A stretch of DNA of 64,000 nt from an uncultured cyanobacterium (GCA_963766075.1 CAVYAN010000086.1:1-64000), one strand, 5' to 3'. Counted from the first letter of the stretch, positions 1-11,503 are shown. Translations and numbers: made by a program. Notes: generated by a model from the sequence alone, not told the origin.

Positions 1-1091
1 TCCTTCGTCATCATCGGGATATCCTCGGGCTGCACCAAAATTCCATCCCGATTCGGGTCCACCAGTTCAGCAACGCCGCCGACATCCGTCACCACCACGG
101 GAAGTTCCATCGCCATAGCTTCCATCACCGCCACAGGCACGCCTTCATTCAGGCTGGCGAGGGCAAACACATGGGCTGACTCCAGTTCCTCGCGAATCTG
201 CGCCTCAGACACCGCTCCCAGTAAGGTGACGCTATCGTTTAAGCCCTGATCTTCGATGAGCTGAGCCAGCACGCGATGATAGCCCGCACCGCCCATTTCA
301 TCTTCCCCCGCGATCCGTAGAGACACATCCAGCCCCTGCTGCCGCAGCGCGGCGATCGCCTGAATCAAGTCCCCATGGCCCTTCACTGGATTCAACCGCC
401 CACAGGACACCACTCGAAAGGGGCCTTGGGGCGACGGAGAGACGTAGGGTTTAGTGCGCTGAATGCTATCCAAATTCACCCCCATCGGGGCCACAACCAC
501 CACATCTGGCAGGTCATCCCCTAAGGTCTTTTGCGCCAGGGTCAGCAGTTGCTGGGAAATCACCAAGGCAAAGGAGGCATAACGCCACTTTTGGGCTTGA
601 TTGGGACCGTAGACAGCGATGCCGGGACCATGCAAGGTCAGGCTATAGGTGATGCCAGATAGCAGAGAGGCCAGCATGGCCAGATGGGCGGCATCTGCAC
701 AGGAATGCACATGAACATGCCGCAGGCCGTTTTGGCGCATGTGGCGGACGAGGTTGCCCGCTACCAGCACAATGGCAGCCAACCGCAACCGTTCCCTACC
801 GGAAAGTTTGGCGGTGGCGATCGCCCGGGCACACCGCATCCAAGCGATCGGGCCAGATTGGAGCACCGTCAGCAAAGCCAGACAAGTCGCTTTCCAGTCC
901 AACTCGACTAGATAGATCGTTTCCTGCTGGGCAGCGACGGCCCAACTGTGGGAAACAATGCCCTGGGGCGGACGACGGGTGGAAATCAAGGCTGTCTCAA
1001 TGCCCAAATCTGTGAGCACTTGCCGCTCACGCCAGAAGAAAATATGCGTTTGTCCAGGAAATTCCGGGATTAAGTAGCCTATCCGAGTCAT
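1..1091 (-). CDS. GT4 family exopolysaccharide glycosyltransferase (EpsE/WcaL-like), 3' end runs off the window
   Basis: Manual translation from ATG at 1091: MTRIGYLIPEFPGQTHIFFWRE...HVHVHSCAD...LTLHGP...ASLNEGVPVAVMEAMAMELPVVVTDVGGVAELV (GT4 E-x7-E motif). Absent from the ORF track because it has no stop inside the window. Confidence 0.85.
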   Translation of the reverse strand, partial: MTRIGYLIPEFPGQTHIFFWRERQVLTDLGIETALISTRRPPQGIVSHSWAVAAQQETIYLVELDWKATCLALLTVLQSGPIAWMRCARAIATAKLSGRERLRLAAIVLVAGNLVRHMRQNGLRHVHVHSCADAAHLAMLASLLSGITYSLTLHGPGIAVYGPNQAQKWRYASFALVISQQLLTLAQKTLGDDLPDVVVVAPMGVNLDSIQRTKPYVSPSPQGPFRVVSCGRLNPVKGHGDLIQAIAALRQQGLDVSLRIAGEDEMGGAGYHRVLAQLIEDQGLNDSVTLLGAVSEAQIREELESAHVFALASLNEGVPVAVMEAMAMELPVVVTDVGGVAELVDPNRDGILVQPEDIPMMTK

Positions 1092-1179
1092 AGCAACGCT
1101 GGGATAAAGAATAATTAGGAGAAATCATGGAAATTCGGGGCTTCACCGTCCTGTCCGTGCCACACAATAGGGGGCACTG

Positions 1180-1810
1180 CTACAGTTCCAAGCGCGCGAT
1201 GGGAAACAGGGCTTTCACCGTCATTTGCTGACCCGGTGTACTGGTGATGGATAGGATACCGCCGCTCAATTCTAGCAAACGCTTTGCCATGGTGAGGCCC
1301 AATCCCGATCCGTGCTGTTCATACCCGACCCTTGCTGTGCATAAAAGTGTCGCTCGAATGGGTCGCTCGAATGGGTCGCTTGAATGGACCGCTCGAATGG
1401 GACATAGGCTCCCAGATTGGCAATTGGGTCGGCAGTCATACCCCGTCCGTGATCGGTAATCCTATCGGTAATCATGACGACAAAATGCGAGGTCTGGGTA
1501 TCGGGGCTGATCTGGGTGCTGATCGGAATGGGTGTACCGGAGCCGGAAATTTACAGGCATTGTGGATAATTTCCTGGAGGATTTTCTGGAGCTTGGGGCC
1601 TTCAAAACGGAGCACTTCAGGGTGGAGGGCCAACTGTAAATCCCCTTGGCGATCGCACTTTTGCATGATTTGATGGGCCGTATTATGGATGATCAAATTA
1701 GCATCGGAGAGCGGCGTGCGCCAAGAGGGCAGCATGTTTAATAACAAATTATGACTGATCGGGTCGTAACGCAGGCATACAAAATCAGAATTTCATCCAA
1801 TCTAACTAAT
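1180..1810 (-). pseudogene. Degenerate histidine kinase C-terminal (HATPase_c) fragment
   Basis: Consecutive pieces in different frames: KLQKILQEIIHNACKF (N box), ITDHGRGMTADPIANLGAY (G1), YEQHGSGLGLTMAKRLLELSGGILSITSTPGQQMTV (G2). Interrupted by indels and tandem duplications; 5' boundary approximate. Confidence 0.75.
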
Positions 1811-1961
1811 CCACGAACAACGTGTTACTTTCGTCATCGCTCCAATCCCCACCGAAGGGGATGACATCGCTCTCTTTAGGGAGTATTCTCTGAAGCTGAA
1901 TCTGGATTAAATGTCATCGATTTGGCAATTAATTGGGTAATCGCAACAGGTGTTAAAAAAA

Positions 1962-2021
1962 CCTCTCAAAGCAATGCCTCTCAAAGCAATACCTCTCAAA
2001 GCAATACCTCTCAAAGCAATG
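1962..2021. repeat. 15-bp tandem repeat x4 (CCTCTCAAAGCAATR)
   Basis: Read directly; no spacers. Confidence 0.95.
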
Positions 2022-2097
2022 TGCCTCAACCCTAATGTGCCTATCTCGCAGGCAACAATCCTGTATCCTAAATGTTTTCCCTATTAGAGATACACCC

Positions 2098-3105
2098 ATG
2101 CAAGCTGTACTCATGACCGCGAAGGGCGGCCCAGAAGTCCTGCAACTCCACGCAATGCCCAACCCACCGCAACCCAGGGGCAGAGCACTACAGATCCAAG
2201 TCCGAGCCGCCGGGGTCAACCCTATCGATACCAAGCTGCGGCAACGGGGCACATTTTTTCCAGAGCGGATGCCTGCGATTTTGGGCTGTGATGGCGCGGG
2301 CATTGTTGCGGCAGTGGGAGCCGACGTGCAACGGTATCGGGTCGGGGATGCGGTGTATTTTTGTCAGGGAGGGCTGGGTGCTAATTCAGGAACCTATGCA
2401 GAATACATGACGGTGGACGAGCGCTTTGTAGCGCCTAAGCCCAGTTCCCTGAGTTTTGCCGAAGCAGCCGCAGTTCCTTTGGTGCTGATCACGGCGTGGG
2501 AGGCCCTGTGCGATCGCGGTCGTTTGCAGCCCGGTCAACGGGTATTGATCCACGCGGGATCTGGTGGCGTGGGGCATGTGGCCATTCAATTAGCCAAGCG
2601 GCTCGGGGCACAGGTGATTACCACCGTCAGCACCCCGGAAAAAGCAGATTGGGTCCGCCGTTTAGGTGCTGATCAGGTGATTTTGTACACCGAAACGGAT
2701 TTTGTAGCGGCAGTGTTAGATTGGACCGATGGCCAAGGCGTGGATCTCGCCTTGGACACCGTGGGCGGCGCGCTGCTGGAACGCACCTTTCCTGCCGTCA
2801 AACTATACGGGGATGTGGTTACCCTTTTGGAGCCGGATGCCGCGACCCATTGGCAGGTGGCCCGGACCCGCAATCAACGCATCAGCCTAGAGTTGATGCT
2901 AACGCCGATGCTGCAAGAGTGGGAGGCGGGCCAACAGGCCCAGGCAGAAATTTTGGCCCGGTGTGGCGAGTGGTTTGATCGCGGGCAATTGCAGGTGCAG
3001 GTAAGCCAAACGTTCCCTCTGGCAGAGGCGGCTGCGGCCCACGCCCGTTTGGCTGCTGGAGCCATGACTGGGAAAATTGTTTTGGTGATGGATGTTTTGG
3101 GGTGA
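2098..3105 (+). CDS. MDR-family NADPH:quinone oxidoreductase / zinc-binding alcohol dehydrogenase family protein
   Basis: AAGVNPID, ILGCDGAG, LIHAGSGGVGH, GKIVL motifs; likely start MQAVLM at 2098. Confidence 0.9.
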   Translation: MQAVLMTAKGGPEVLQLHAMPNPPQPRGRALQIQVRAAGVNPIDTKLRQRGTFFPERMPAILGCDGAGIVAAVGADVQRYRVGDAVYFCQGGLGANSGTYAEYMTVDERFVAPKPSSLSFAEAAAVPLVLITAWEALCDRGRLQPGQRVLIHAGSGGVGHVAIQLAKRLGAQVITTVSTPEKADWVRRLGADQVILYTETDFVAAVLDWTDGQGVDLALDTVGGALLERTFPAVKLYGDVVTLLEPDAATHWQVARTRNQRISLELMLTPMLQEWEAGQQAQAEILARCGEWFDRGQLQVQVSQTFPLAEAAAAHARLAAGAMTGKIVLVMDVLG

Positions 3106-3257
3106 TGGCATTTGGGGTGATGGCATGCTGGGCGAGGGGCTGGCGGGCTGGGCGAGGGGCTGCGGCACATCTCGCGATATTTTCTTCGCATATCTTTCGC
3201 GTATATTTCGCATATCTATGGATAATTGACTCAGATTTGTTTGTCTGGTCCGATGCT

Positions 3258-5489
3258 TTGAAACAGCTTCCTGCGGTTCACCCCCACTCCCGGTGGGGCA
3301 AAATTCTGAGACTCCGACTGGAATTTCTGCTGATTCTGGTGGTTGGGTGTCTGTTGCTCTGCTTGGGAGCAGCGGCCCCGGCAGCAGCGGCGATCGCCCA
3401 ACCCGAGCGGGTTGCCCTCACCCTAGACTTGCTACAGGATCGGGTGAAAAATCCCTTGCAAACGGACGGCATCCGGACCATTGATCTGAGCCGATTTACC
3501 ATTGATTTACGTCCGGAAAATGCCGCTTTTCGGGATCAGTTTTACATCTTGGTCCAGGGGCAGTTGCGCAAACCGGGCAATCCGACGGGCCTGGATCTCA
3601 GCTATGCCCAAATTCAGGGTGATTTTAAGATTAGTCTGCTGGGATTACGGGCACCGCTGTACGGGGATTCCCTATCGCCAATTTTTAATCTAGCAGAACA
3701 GGAGCAACTAAAGCGCGATCGCCGCCTGCTTTCCCAACTGAGCACCCTCTCTCAATCCCTGCTCACTCCCAATGGGGGCAGTCAAACCGCACCGCTGCAA
3801 ATTACCGTATTCCGTGGCCCGCTAAAACTGATTCAAACCCGTTTTCTGGGTCCTGCGGACTTCAGCAACACCTTTTTCCTGAATCGATTGGAGGCCCAGA
3901 GCACTCAATTTCTCCAAGGAGGCGATTATTTTCAGTCCCGCTTTGGCCAGACCACCAGTTTTGCCGGGGCTGTATTTGGGCGGGAGGCTCGGTTTCGCAG
4001 CAGCATCTTCTTTGGCAAAGCCGACTTTAACCAGGCCCAGTTTCAGGGGGAGGTCAATTTTCAAAGCAGTGAATTTCAAGGGGCGGCCAACTTTAATCAG
4101 TCGGTGTTTCAAAAAGCCGCGAACTTTACGCGGGTCCAGTGGCAGGGCAATGCCGACTTTGCAGCGGCCCGCTGGCAGGATGCCGTGGCCTTTACCCGCA
4201 GTAATTTTGGTCGGTCCCTGTTTTTGCCGGATGCCACCTTCGAGAAATCGGTGCTGTTTCGCGAAGTGCAATTCGCCCGCCCGGTCAATCTGCGCGGTGC
4301 CGCGATCATGGAACGGGCCGACTTTGGCTACACGGGTTTTGCCAAGGGTGCCTATTTGAATATTCCTGGCCTCAAGTTTGATTCTGATCGCGCCAAAATT
4401 GTTGGCAATCCGGGACAAATCAGCAAAGTCCTCTCGGTGCCCACGTTGCAGGGCAATGAAAATCTGCTGCGGGAATTGGTGCGGAATTTTCGCAAGCTGG
4501 AGCAGATTCCCGATGCTAATTATTTGGAGTTTTCCCGCGAGCGGCTGCGTCTGAAGGAAATTCGGCAGCAGTTGTTTGGGGTGAATGTGAACACCGCCAA
4601 TGCCCTCCAATTAAGCCGAATTGGTTTTTCGGCCAAGCAAGCTACCACGATTATGCAGCGCCGGATCCAACAGCCCTTTCGCAGTCCGTCAGAGGTGCTG
4701 AATTTGGAGAGCGTGGATTTAGCAACCTTTATCAATGTGCGCGATCGCATTGTGGCGCGGGAAATGGTTTCCCCAGGCCGCGAAGCGGTTAACCGTCTGG
4801 CCACGGCTTCCTCCTGGATTGGCCTCAGTTTGCTGCTACTGCTCAGTCGCTATGGCACAGATTTCTGGTTGATTTTTGGGATTGGCTTAGTGGCGATCGC
4901 CTATTTTGGCCTGCTGTTTTGGTTTGTCGATCGCTGGCGCAGAGTGGTTCCCAGCCCGATTTTGCCCACTGTACCCGAAAGTATCTGGGTCACCTCCTGT
5001 TTTAGTGTCGTTTCCCTGCTCGGCTTTGCCGCCATCTTTCGGGCGGCAGATCAACCCTGGCTGACCCTCCTGTGCCTGAGTGTCTTGATCATTCCCGTAC
5101 CCACACTCCTGACACTACAGCTTTACATTACTGGGCGTTACCACAACAAACTCAACGAAAGCTACTTTATGGAAGAGGGTAGCCTACGCCAACTGCGGAT
5201 TTTGATCGGGCGACTCCCGATTTTGCCCCGGTTTGAAATGTTTCGGGAACGCTATCTGCCCATCCTCTGGGATCGGCGCTGGAACTGGCTCAACTATTTT
5301 GACTTTAGCCTGAATAACCTGCTGAAGTTTGGCTTCAACGATCTGCGGCTGCGGGATGAATATGTGCCGGGCTTAGTCAGTGGACTGGTGTGGTATCAAT
5401 GGGCGATCGGCCTACTCTACATTGCCCTGCTGCTGTGGACTCTATCGCGCACCATTCCCGGGTTGAACGTCCTAATTTACTTCCGGTAA
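3258..5489 (+). CDS. Membrane protein with pentapeptide repeats, a helix-hairpin-helix region and a C-terminal multi-TM domain
   Basis: Repeats such as ADFNQAQFQGEVNFQSSEF; VNVNTANALQLSRIG (ComEA-like HhH); several TM helices. Start uncertain (TTG 3258 chosen; ORF open from 3102). Confidence 0.75.
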   Translation: MKQLPAVHPHSRWGKILRLRLEFLLILVVGCLLLCLGAAAPAAAAIAQPERVALTLDLLQDRVKNPLQTDGIRTIDLSRFTIDLRPENAAFRDQFYILVQGQLRKPGNPTGLDLSYAQIQGDFKISLLGLRAPLYGDSLSPIFNLAEQEQLKRDRRLLSQLSTLSQSLLTPNGGSQTAPLQITVFRGPLKLIQTRFLGPADFSNTFFLNRLEAQSTQFLQGGDYFQSRFGQTTSFAGAVFGREARFRSSIFFGKADFNQAQFQGEVNFQSSEFQGAANFNQSVFQKAANFTRVQWQGNADFAAARWQDAVAFTRSNFGRSLFLPDATFEKSVLFREVQFARPVNLRGAAIMERADFGYTGFAKGAYLNIPGLKFDSDRAKIVGNPGQISKVLSVPTLQGNENLLRELVRNFRKLEQIPDANYLEFSRERLRLKEIRQQLFGVNVNTANALQLSRIGFSAKQATTIMQRRIQQPFRSPSEVLNLESVDLATFINVRDRIVAREMVSPGREAVNRLATASSWIGLSLLLLLSRYGTDFWLIFGIGLVAIAYFGLLFWFVDRWRRVVPSPILPTVPESIWVTSCFSVVSLLGFAAIFRAADQPWLTLLCLSVLIIPVPTLLTLQLYITGRYHNKLNESYFMEEGSLRQLRILIGRLPILPRFEMFRERYLPILWDRRWNWLNYFDFSLNNLLKFGFNDLRLRDEYVPGLVSGLVWYQWAIGLLYIALLLWTLSRTIPGLNVLIYFR

Positions 5490-5539
5490 GGGGGGGAGTT
5501 GGGCGATCATTGGCCCCGCGAGCCAGGTTGCTCATGGTT

Positions 5540-6448
5540 TCACGGTTGGGGTGGCGATGCGAACCAATTCACCAAATCTCCTGTATCCGTGAAATCCAAC
5601 AGCGCCTCCCCTAAAGCTTCCAGTTGTTCTGGCGACAGGGCTTGGACTTGATCGGTCAAGCGGGGGGAAAGGGCACCGACCCGTCGGTGGAGAAGTTTGA
5701 GAATGAGCGATCGCTCCCGCTGCAGCCCCTCTTCCCGTCCTTCTTCCCTCCCTCTTCCCGTCCTTTTTGTTGTCCTCGCTGTTCTCCTTCTTGCAAAATC
5801 TCTTGATACCAGGGCGATTCGTGTAACACTGCCATATCCCACCTCATAATTTGCCGCACAACTTCTGTGCCCAATACAAAGCTAGCAAAGAAACCCAACA
5901 ACGATTCCAACTCAATGAGTTGCTCATCCTGCCGCAATTGATTGAGGGCGTGTTTCACCACCGCCGCCTCACTCCCATTTTTCAAAATAGGCACAAAGGG
6001 TAATAACGCATTCAGGGACTGCTCAAAGACAATCGCGGCATCCACCTCCCATAGATTAATCACCCGGTAACTTTGCACCGCTTCAATGCCTAAAAAGTTC
6101 GACGCAAAGCGGTTTTGAATGATCACCGTAGGGCCCGGAGGCAGAATGTTCACCAGCACCGGATAGGTCGGCAAACCATATTTTTCTTCTGCCAAGGCCG
6201 CATAGGCCCGCATGCGGATCGGCAGGTTGGTGTTATAGCGCAACTGCAATTCCGTCAATACCAGAAACTGGCCCTGGTCGGGACTCGCCACTTTCACTAG
6301 CACATCATTATCCCGACTCAGCCACTGAAACTCAGAACCGAGGATTTCCTGGGCGACCAAGTCAGGCTGTTGGGTGACCCATTGGACCCACGCAGTCGGT
6401 GCTAGACCGATCAGTCGCTTGCCTCCGATATCTCGCTTTTTGGGCCAC
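5540..6448 (-). pseudogene. Rpn family recombination-promoting nuclease / putative transposase with DUF4351 C-terminus, frameshifted as given
   Basis: DIGGKRLI, DVLVKV, ELQLRY, PIRMRAYAALAEEKY, ESPWYQEILQEG; the C-terminal LEALGEALLDF domain is in another frame (5540..5842). SD AGGAGG precedes a GTG at 6448. Frameshifts may be assembly errors. Confidence 0.8.
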
Positions 6449-6637
6449 GGCACCTCCTTCTCAATTGGGATTTGCAGAATGCATTATAGGACAAACGTTC
6501 TACAATCTTCAACTGGATTCACCCGATTCGCTGCAATGGCCCGTGGATTGAGGGCCATTGCAGTAGAGCTGCGCGCGCCCGGCTAGTCTGATGCCCCTAG
6601 AGCGGATGCTCCTAGAGCGGAAATATGATCTTGGTTA

Positions 6638-7360
6638 TTAGGGCTTGCGAAAAATCAGTACATGCTGCTGGGGCAGAATTTTGAGGGTTTCCTGCCAGAC
6701 TAAGCCTACGGCAGTCAGTTCTTTTTTGACTTGCTGCTGGGTTATTTTGTGATGGGGTTTGATCAGAATCAAGGGGTTTTCACCGCGATACTCCACCAGC
6801 ACGACGCGCCCACCCGGTTTCAGCGCCGCGACAATGCCTTGCATCATTTCCCAGGGATGGGAAAATTCGTGGTAGGCATCAACCATCAACGCGAGGTCGA
6901 TGGAGTTGGGAGGCAAATGGGGATCATCCACATCCCCCTGCACGGTTTCAACGTTAGTCACGCCTTTTTCCACCTTCAGCGCTTCCAGAATTTCAATCAT
7001 CTCGGGTTGAATGTCCACCGCGACGACTTTGCCCTGGGGCACCAGCGGACTGAGGCGAAAGGTGAAATAACCCGTACCAGCCCCCAGGTCGGCCACGGTA
7101 TCTGTGGGGTGGAGGTGCAGAGCGGCGATCGCCTGCTCCGGTTGCTCTTCCATAGTGCGGGTTGGTCGTTCTAACCAGCCTGCGCCCATGTGTCCCATCA
7201 CATCAGAAATTTCCCGGCCCATGTACACTTTGCCAATCCCATCCCGACTGGGAGTTCGGTTGGTGTAGGGGGTGGCTGAGGCCGCGATCGCCACGCTATT
7301 GCTCATAGTCCACACCAACATCGCCAAGCCCAATCCCCACAGACCACGCCAAAACTGCAT
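6638..7360 (-). CDS. Class I SAM-dependent methyltransferase with N-terminal signal-like segment
   Basis: [24 protein letters not shown] motifs. Confidence 0.88.
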   Translation of the reverse strand: MQFWRGLWGLGLAMLVWTMSNSVAIAASATPYTNRTPSRDGIGKVYMGREISDVMGHMGAGWLERPTRTMEEQPEQAIAALHLHPTDTVADLGAGTGYFTFRLSPLVPQGKVVAVDIQPEMIEILEALKVEKGVTNVETVQGDVDDPHLPPNSIDLALMVDAYHEFSHPWEMMQGIVAALKPGGRVVLVEYRGENPLILIKPHHKITQQQVKKELTAVGLVWQETLKILPQQHVLIFRKP

Positions 7361-7494
7361 CGCTCAATTCCTATAGACCCTCTGCCATCCTAAACCTCTC
7401 CGCCATCCTAAACCAGACTTGTCCCGCAGCGGCATATCCCGTTTATCCTGACCCGTGTATCCTGATAAGTGGAAATTTAATCCCCCACAGACCC

Positions 7495-8772
7495 GTGCTT
7501 GACCTGAAGCTAATTCGCGAAAATCCCGACCTCGTCCAAGAAAAGCTGAACCGCCGCAACGGCGACTATGATCTGCAACCGCTCTTGCAGTTAGAAGCGC
7601 AGCGACGAGAGTTGGAACAGGCGCGATCGCACCTGCAAGCCCGCAGCAACGAAATTGGCAAACTCGTCGGCCAAAAAATGAAATCCGGCACCCTGGCCAA
7701 TGATCCTGAAATCCTGAGCCTAAAAGCCGAAGGCAACCAACTCAAAACCCAACTGGGAGAACTGGAACCTGCCGAAAAGGATCTGAAGGTTCAGATTGAA
7801 ACGCTGGCCCTAACCCTGCCTAACCTGCCTAGCGACACCACCCCCATCGGCAGCAGCGAAGCAGACAATATTGAAATCCGCACCTGGGGAGACGCCTACA
7901 AGCCTCAAATCCCAGTTTTGCCCCACTATGAAATCGCGGAAAAATTAGGCATCCTCAACACCGAACGTGCCACTAAAATCGCCCAAACCCGTTTTGTAGT
8001 GCTGCTCGGAGCCGGAGCCGCCCTAGAGCGCGCGCTGATTTCCTTCATGTTGGACAGCCAAATTGCCGCCGGTTACACCGAAGTCCTGCCACCGATTTTG
8101 GTGAACACCGCCTCCCTCACCGCCACTGGCCAGTTGCCCAAATTTGCCGAAGAAAGCTTTCAGTGCCGGGATGACGACCTGTGGCTGATTCCAACGGCGG
8201 AAGTGCCCGTTACCAATTTGTATCGCGATGAAATCCTGGCGGCGGAACAACTGCCCATTTTGCACTGTGCCTACACCCCCTGTTTCCGGCGGGAAGCGGG
8301 CAGCTATGGCCGAGACACGCGCGGCCTGATTCGCCTGCACCAGTTCAATAAAGTTGAACTGGTCAAGCTGGTGCGGCCAGAAACCTCGGAAGCAGAACAT
8401 CAAGCCCTAGTGCAAAATGCCGAGGCGATTTTGCAAGCCCTAAAATTACCTTACCGAGTTATCGAACTCTGTACGGGGGATCTGGGCTTTGGTGCGGCCA
8501 AGTGCTACGACTTGGAGGTGTGGCTACCCTCAGCGGGCACCTATCGCGAAATTTCGAGCTGCTCAAACTTTGGAGATTTCCAGGCGCGCCGGGGCAACCT
8601 GCGGTTTAAAGAAGCGGGTCAAAAGGGCACCCAATTTGTGCATACTCTGAATGGCTCGGGGTTGGCGATCGGGCGCACAATGGCGGCAGTACTGGAAACC
8701 TATCAGCAAGCCGATGGAACAGTCCGGGTGCCCGAGGTTTTGCAACCCTATCTCAAGCGAGACACGCTGTAG
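7495..8772 (+). CDS. serS: Serine--tRNA ligase
   Basis: [57 protein letters not shown]. Confidence 0.98.
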   Translation: MLDLKLIRENPDLVQEKLNRRNGDYDLQPLLQLEAQRRELEQARSHLQARSNEIGKLVGQKMKSGTLANDPEILSLKAEGNQLKTQLGELEPAEKDLKVQIETLALTLPNLPSDTTPIGSSEADNIEIRTWGDAYKPQIPVLPHYEIAEKLGILNTERATKIAQTRFVVLLGAGAALERALISFMLDSQIAAGYTEVLPPILVNTASLTATGQLPKFAEESFQCRDDDLWLIPTAEVPVTNLYRDEILAAEQLPILHCAYTPCFRREAGSYGRDTRGLIRLHQFNKVELVKLVRPETSEAEHQALVQNAEAILQALKLPYRVIELCTGDLGFGAAKCYDLEVWLPSAGTYREISSCSNFGDFQARRGNLRFKEAGQKGTQFVHTLNGSGLAIGRTMAAVLETYQQADGTVRVPEVLQPYLKRDTL

Positions 8773-8805
8773 GCCGTTGGGATGCAATCCAACGGCCAAA
8801 AAACC

Positions 8806-9576
8806 CTAGCCCCCCAGATAATCGCCCGCTTTTGGCCCTTCTAGATAGTGCTCCCAGTGAATGTCAGGCATGCGATCAAAAGCTTCGTTAAGAGAAATTT
8901 CCCACATCTTGCGGATTTGATTGAGATAGGGTGCCCCCCGTTCTAGGCGCAGTTCGTAGAGAATTTTGAAGGTGTCGTTTTCATACATCAATAAATTAAT
9001 TGGTGGACCGACCGAAATATTGGATTTCATGGTGGAATCAATCGACAGCAGGGCACATTTAGCGGCGGCGGTAACGGGGGTATCAAAACTCAAAATCCGA
9101 TCCAAAATCGGCTTGCCATACTTAGCTTCCCCAATTTGCAAAAACGGGGTTTCTGGCAGGGCGCGAATAAAGTTTCCCTGGCTGTAGATCAAGTACAGTC
9201 CGGTCTCTTCGCCCTGAATTTGTCCTCCGAGTAGAAAACTGCACTTAAAATCAATGTTGTCCTTTTCTAGCCAGGGCCGATCTTTTTCCTGCAAGCTACG
9301 GATGCAGTCGCCCACATAGCGGGCGACATCGTAGAGGGTAGGCAAGGTGTGCAGACTGACTTCTGCGGCGGCTTTAATATCGCGCCGCAGAATGGTCAGC
9401 AACGCTTGGGTAATGGAAAGATTGCCAGCGGTGCACAGGACAATCACGCGATCGCCCGGAAGCGAAAAATCAAACAACTTTTGGTAGGTGGAAATATAGT
9501 CCACTCCGGCATTCGTGCGGGAGTCTGCGGCCATTACCAAACCAGTTCGGGTCAAAATACCAAGGCAATAGGTCAT
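8806..9576 (-). CDS. Proteasome-type (Anbu) Ntn protease
   Basis: MTYCLG (catalytic Thr at N-terminus), DSRTNAGVD, QIGEAKYGKPILDR, STMKSNISVGPP. Confidence 0.92.
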   Translation of the reverse strand: MTYCLGILTRTGLVMAADSRTNAGVDYISTYQKLFDFSLPGDRVIVLCTAGNLSITQALLTILRRDIKAAAEVSLHTLPTLYDVARYVGDCIRSLQEKDRPWLEKDNIDFKCSFLLGGQIQGEETGLYLIYSQGNFIRALPETPFLQIGEAKYGKPILDRILSFDTPVTAAAKCALLSIDSTMKSNISVGPPINLLMYENDTFKILYELRLERGAPYLNQIRKMWEISLNEAFDRMPDIHWEHYLEGPKAGDYLGG

Positions 9577-9743
9577 GGGAGAGGTAAAGAATTGGGCGAG
9601 AGAGGGGAAGGGTAGCGGGTAACCTTTGGGCACTCACCTTCAGGAGTTAACTTCAGGTTAAGGGCAAATTATTAGAAAAATCGGATTGTGGTCATTTCCG
9701 GATGATGTTCATTATTTTAGTGTCCATTAGTTTAATCCCAGCC

Positions 9744-9782
9744 GTTCAACGGGCTAGTTCAACGGGCTAGTTCAACGGGCTA
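9744..9782. repeat. 13-bp tandem repeat x3 (GTTCAACGGGCTA)
   Basis: Read directly, in the divergent region between the Anbu gene and sqdB. Confidence 0.95.
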
Positions 9783-9954
9783 GGACACTGATTCCAGCAG
9801 CATGGAAACCCGCCGTTTGAACGCGTCTAATGGTCTTCAACACCGTAGAGAAATCGCCTTTTTGGGGATGGTTTTCCCACAATTCGGTGTTCTGCGGCCT
9901 CGATCCTTAAATTCTATTTCCTGACCGCGCTCAGAAGATCCCCAAGAATGGTAG

Positions 9955-11151
<1,197 letters not shown>

Positions 11152-11153
11152 GG

Positions 11154-11456
11154 ATGGCAGGGCGGGCTATGGCCTTGGGGCTAGGGGCGATTTTGCCGGG
11201 ACTGTTTTTTGTCGGCATTAGCACCTACTATCTGTTTCCCGAATGGGCGGCCCTGGGTGCCAGCCATCGGCAGTTTAGCCAGTTGGCCCGCCAGCCAAAT
11301 TCCACAATGAATCAACTATTTGTGGCCCAATCAGCAGAAAACCGACACCGAATCAATTGCTTTGCGGAAGGCATTGGCGTGGTAGGCGGTGGAATTATGG
11401 TAGAGATCGGGATACAGGGACTTTGTCTGCTGCCGAGGCGGGTGCGATCGGATTAA
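11154..11456 (+). CDS. Small two-TM hypothetical protein
   Basis: Starts 2 nt after the sqdB stop; two hydrophobic segments flank ENRHRINCFAEG. Confidence 0.7.
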   Translation: MAGRAMALGLGAILPGLFFVGISTYYLFPEWAALGASHRQFSQLARQPNSTMNQLFVAQSAENRHRINCFAEGIGVVGGGIMVEIGIQGLCLLPRRVRSD

Positions 11457-11503
11457 GTCAATTCTTAGTCAATTCAATGTTGTAGAGAGTTCTGGTTCCC
11501 CCT

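Noticed and set aside
1332..2021. CRISPR-like arrays in the short repeats (also 9744-9782 and 36349-36393)
   Set aside because: Units are 13-15 bp and head-to-tail with no spacers; no cas genes in the window.
5540..6453. IS element around the Rpn gene
   Set aside because: No terminal inverted repeats or target duplication seen; Rpn proteins are not established transposases.
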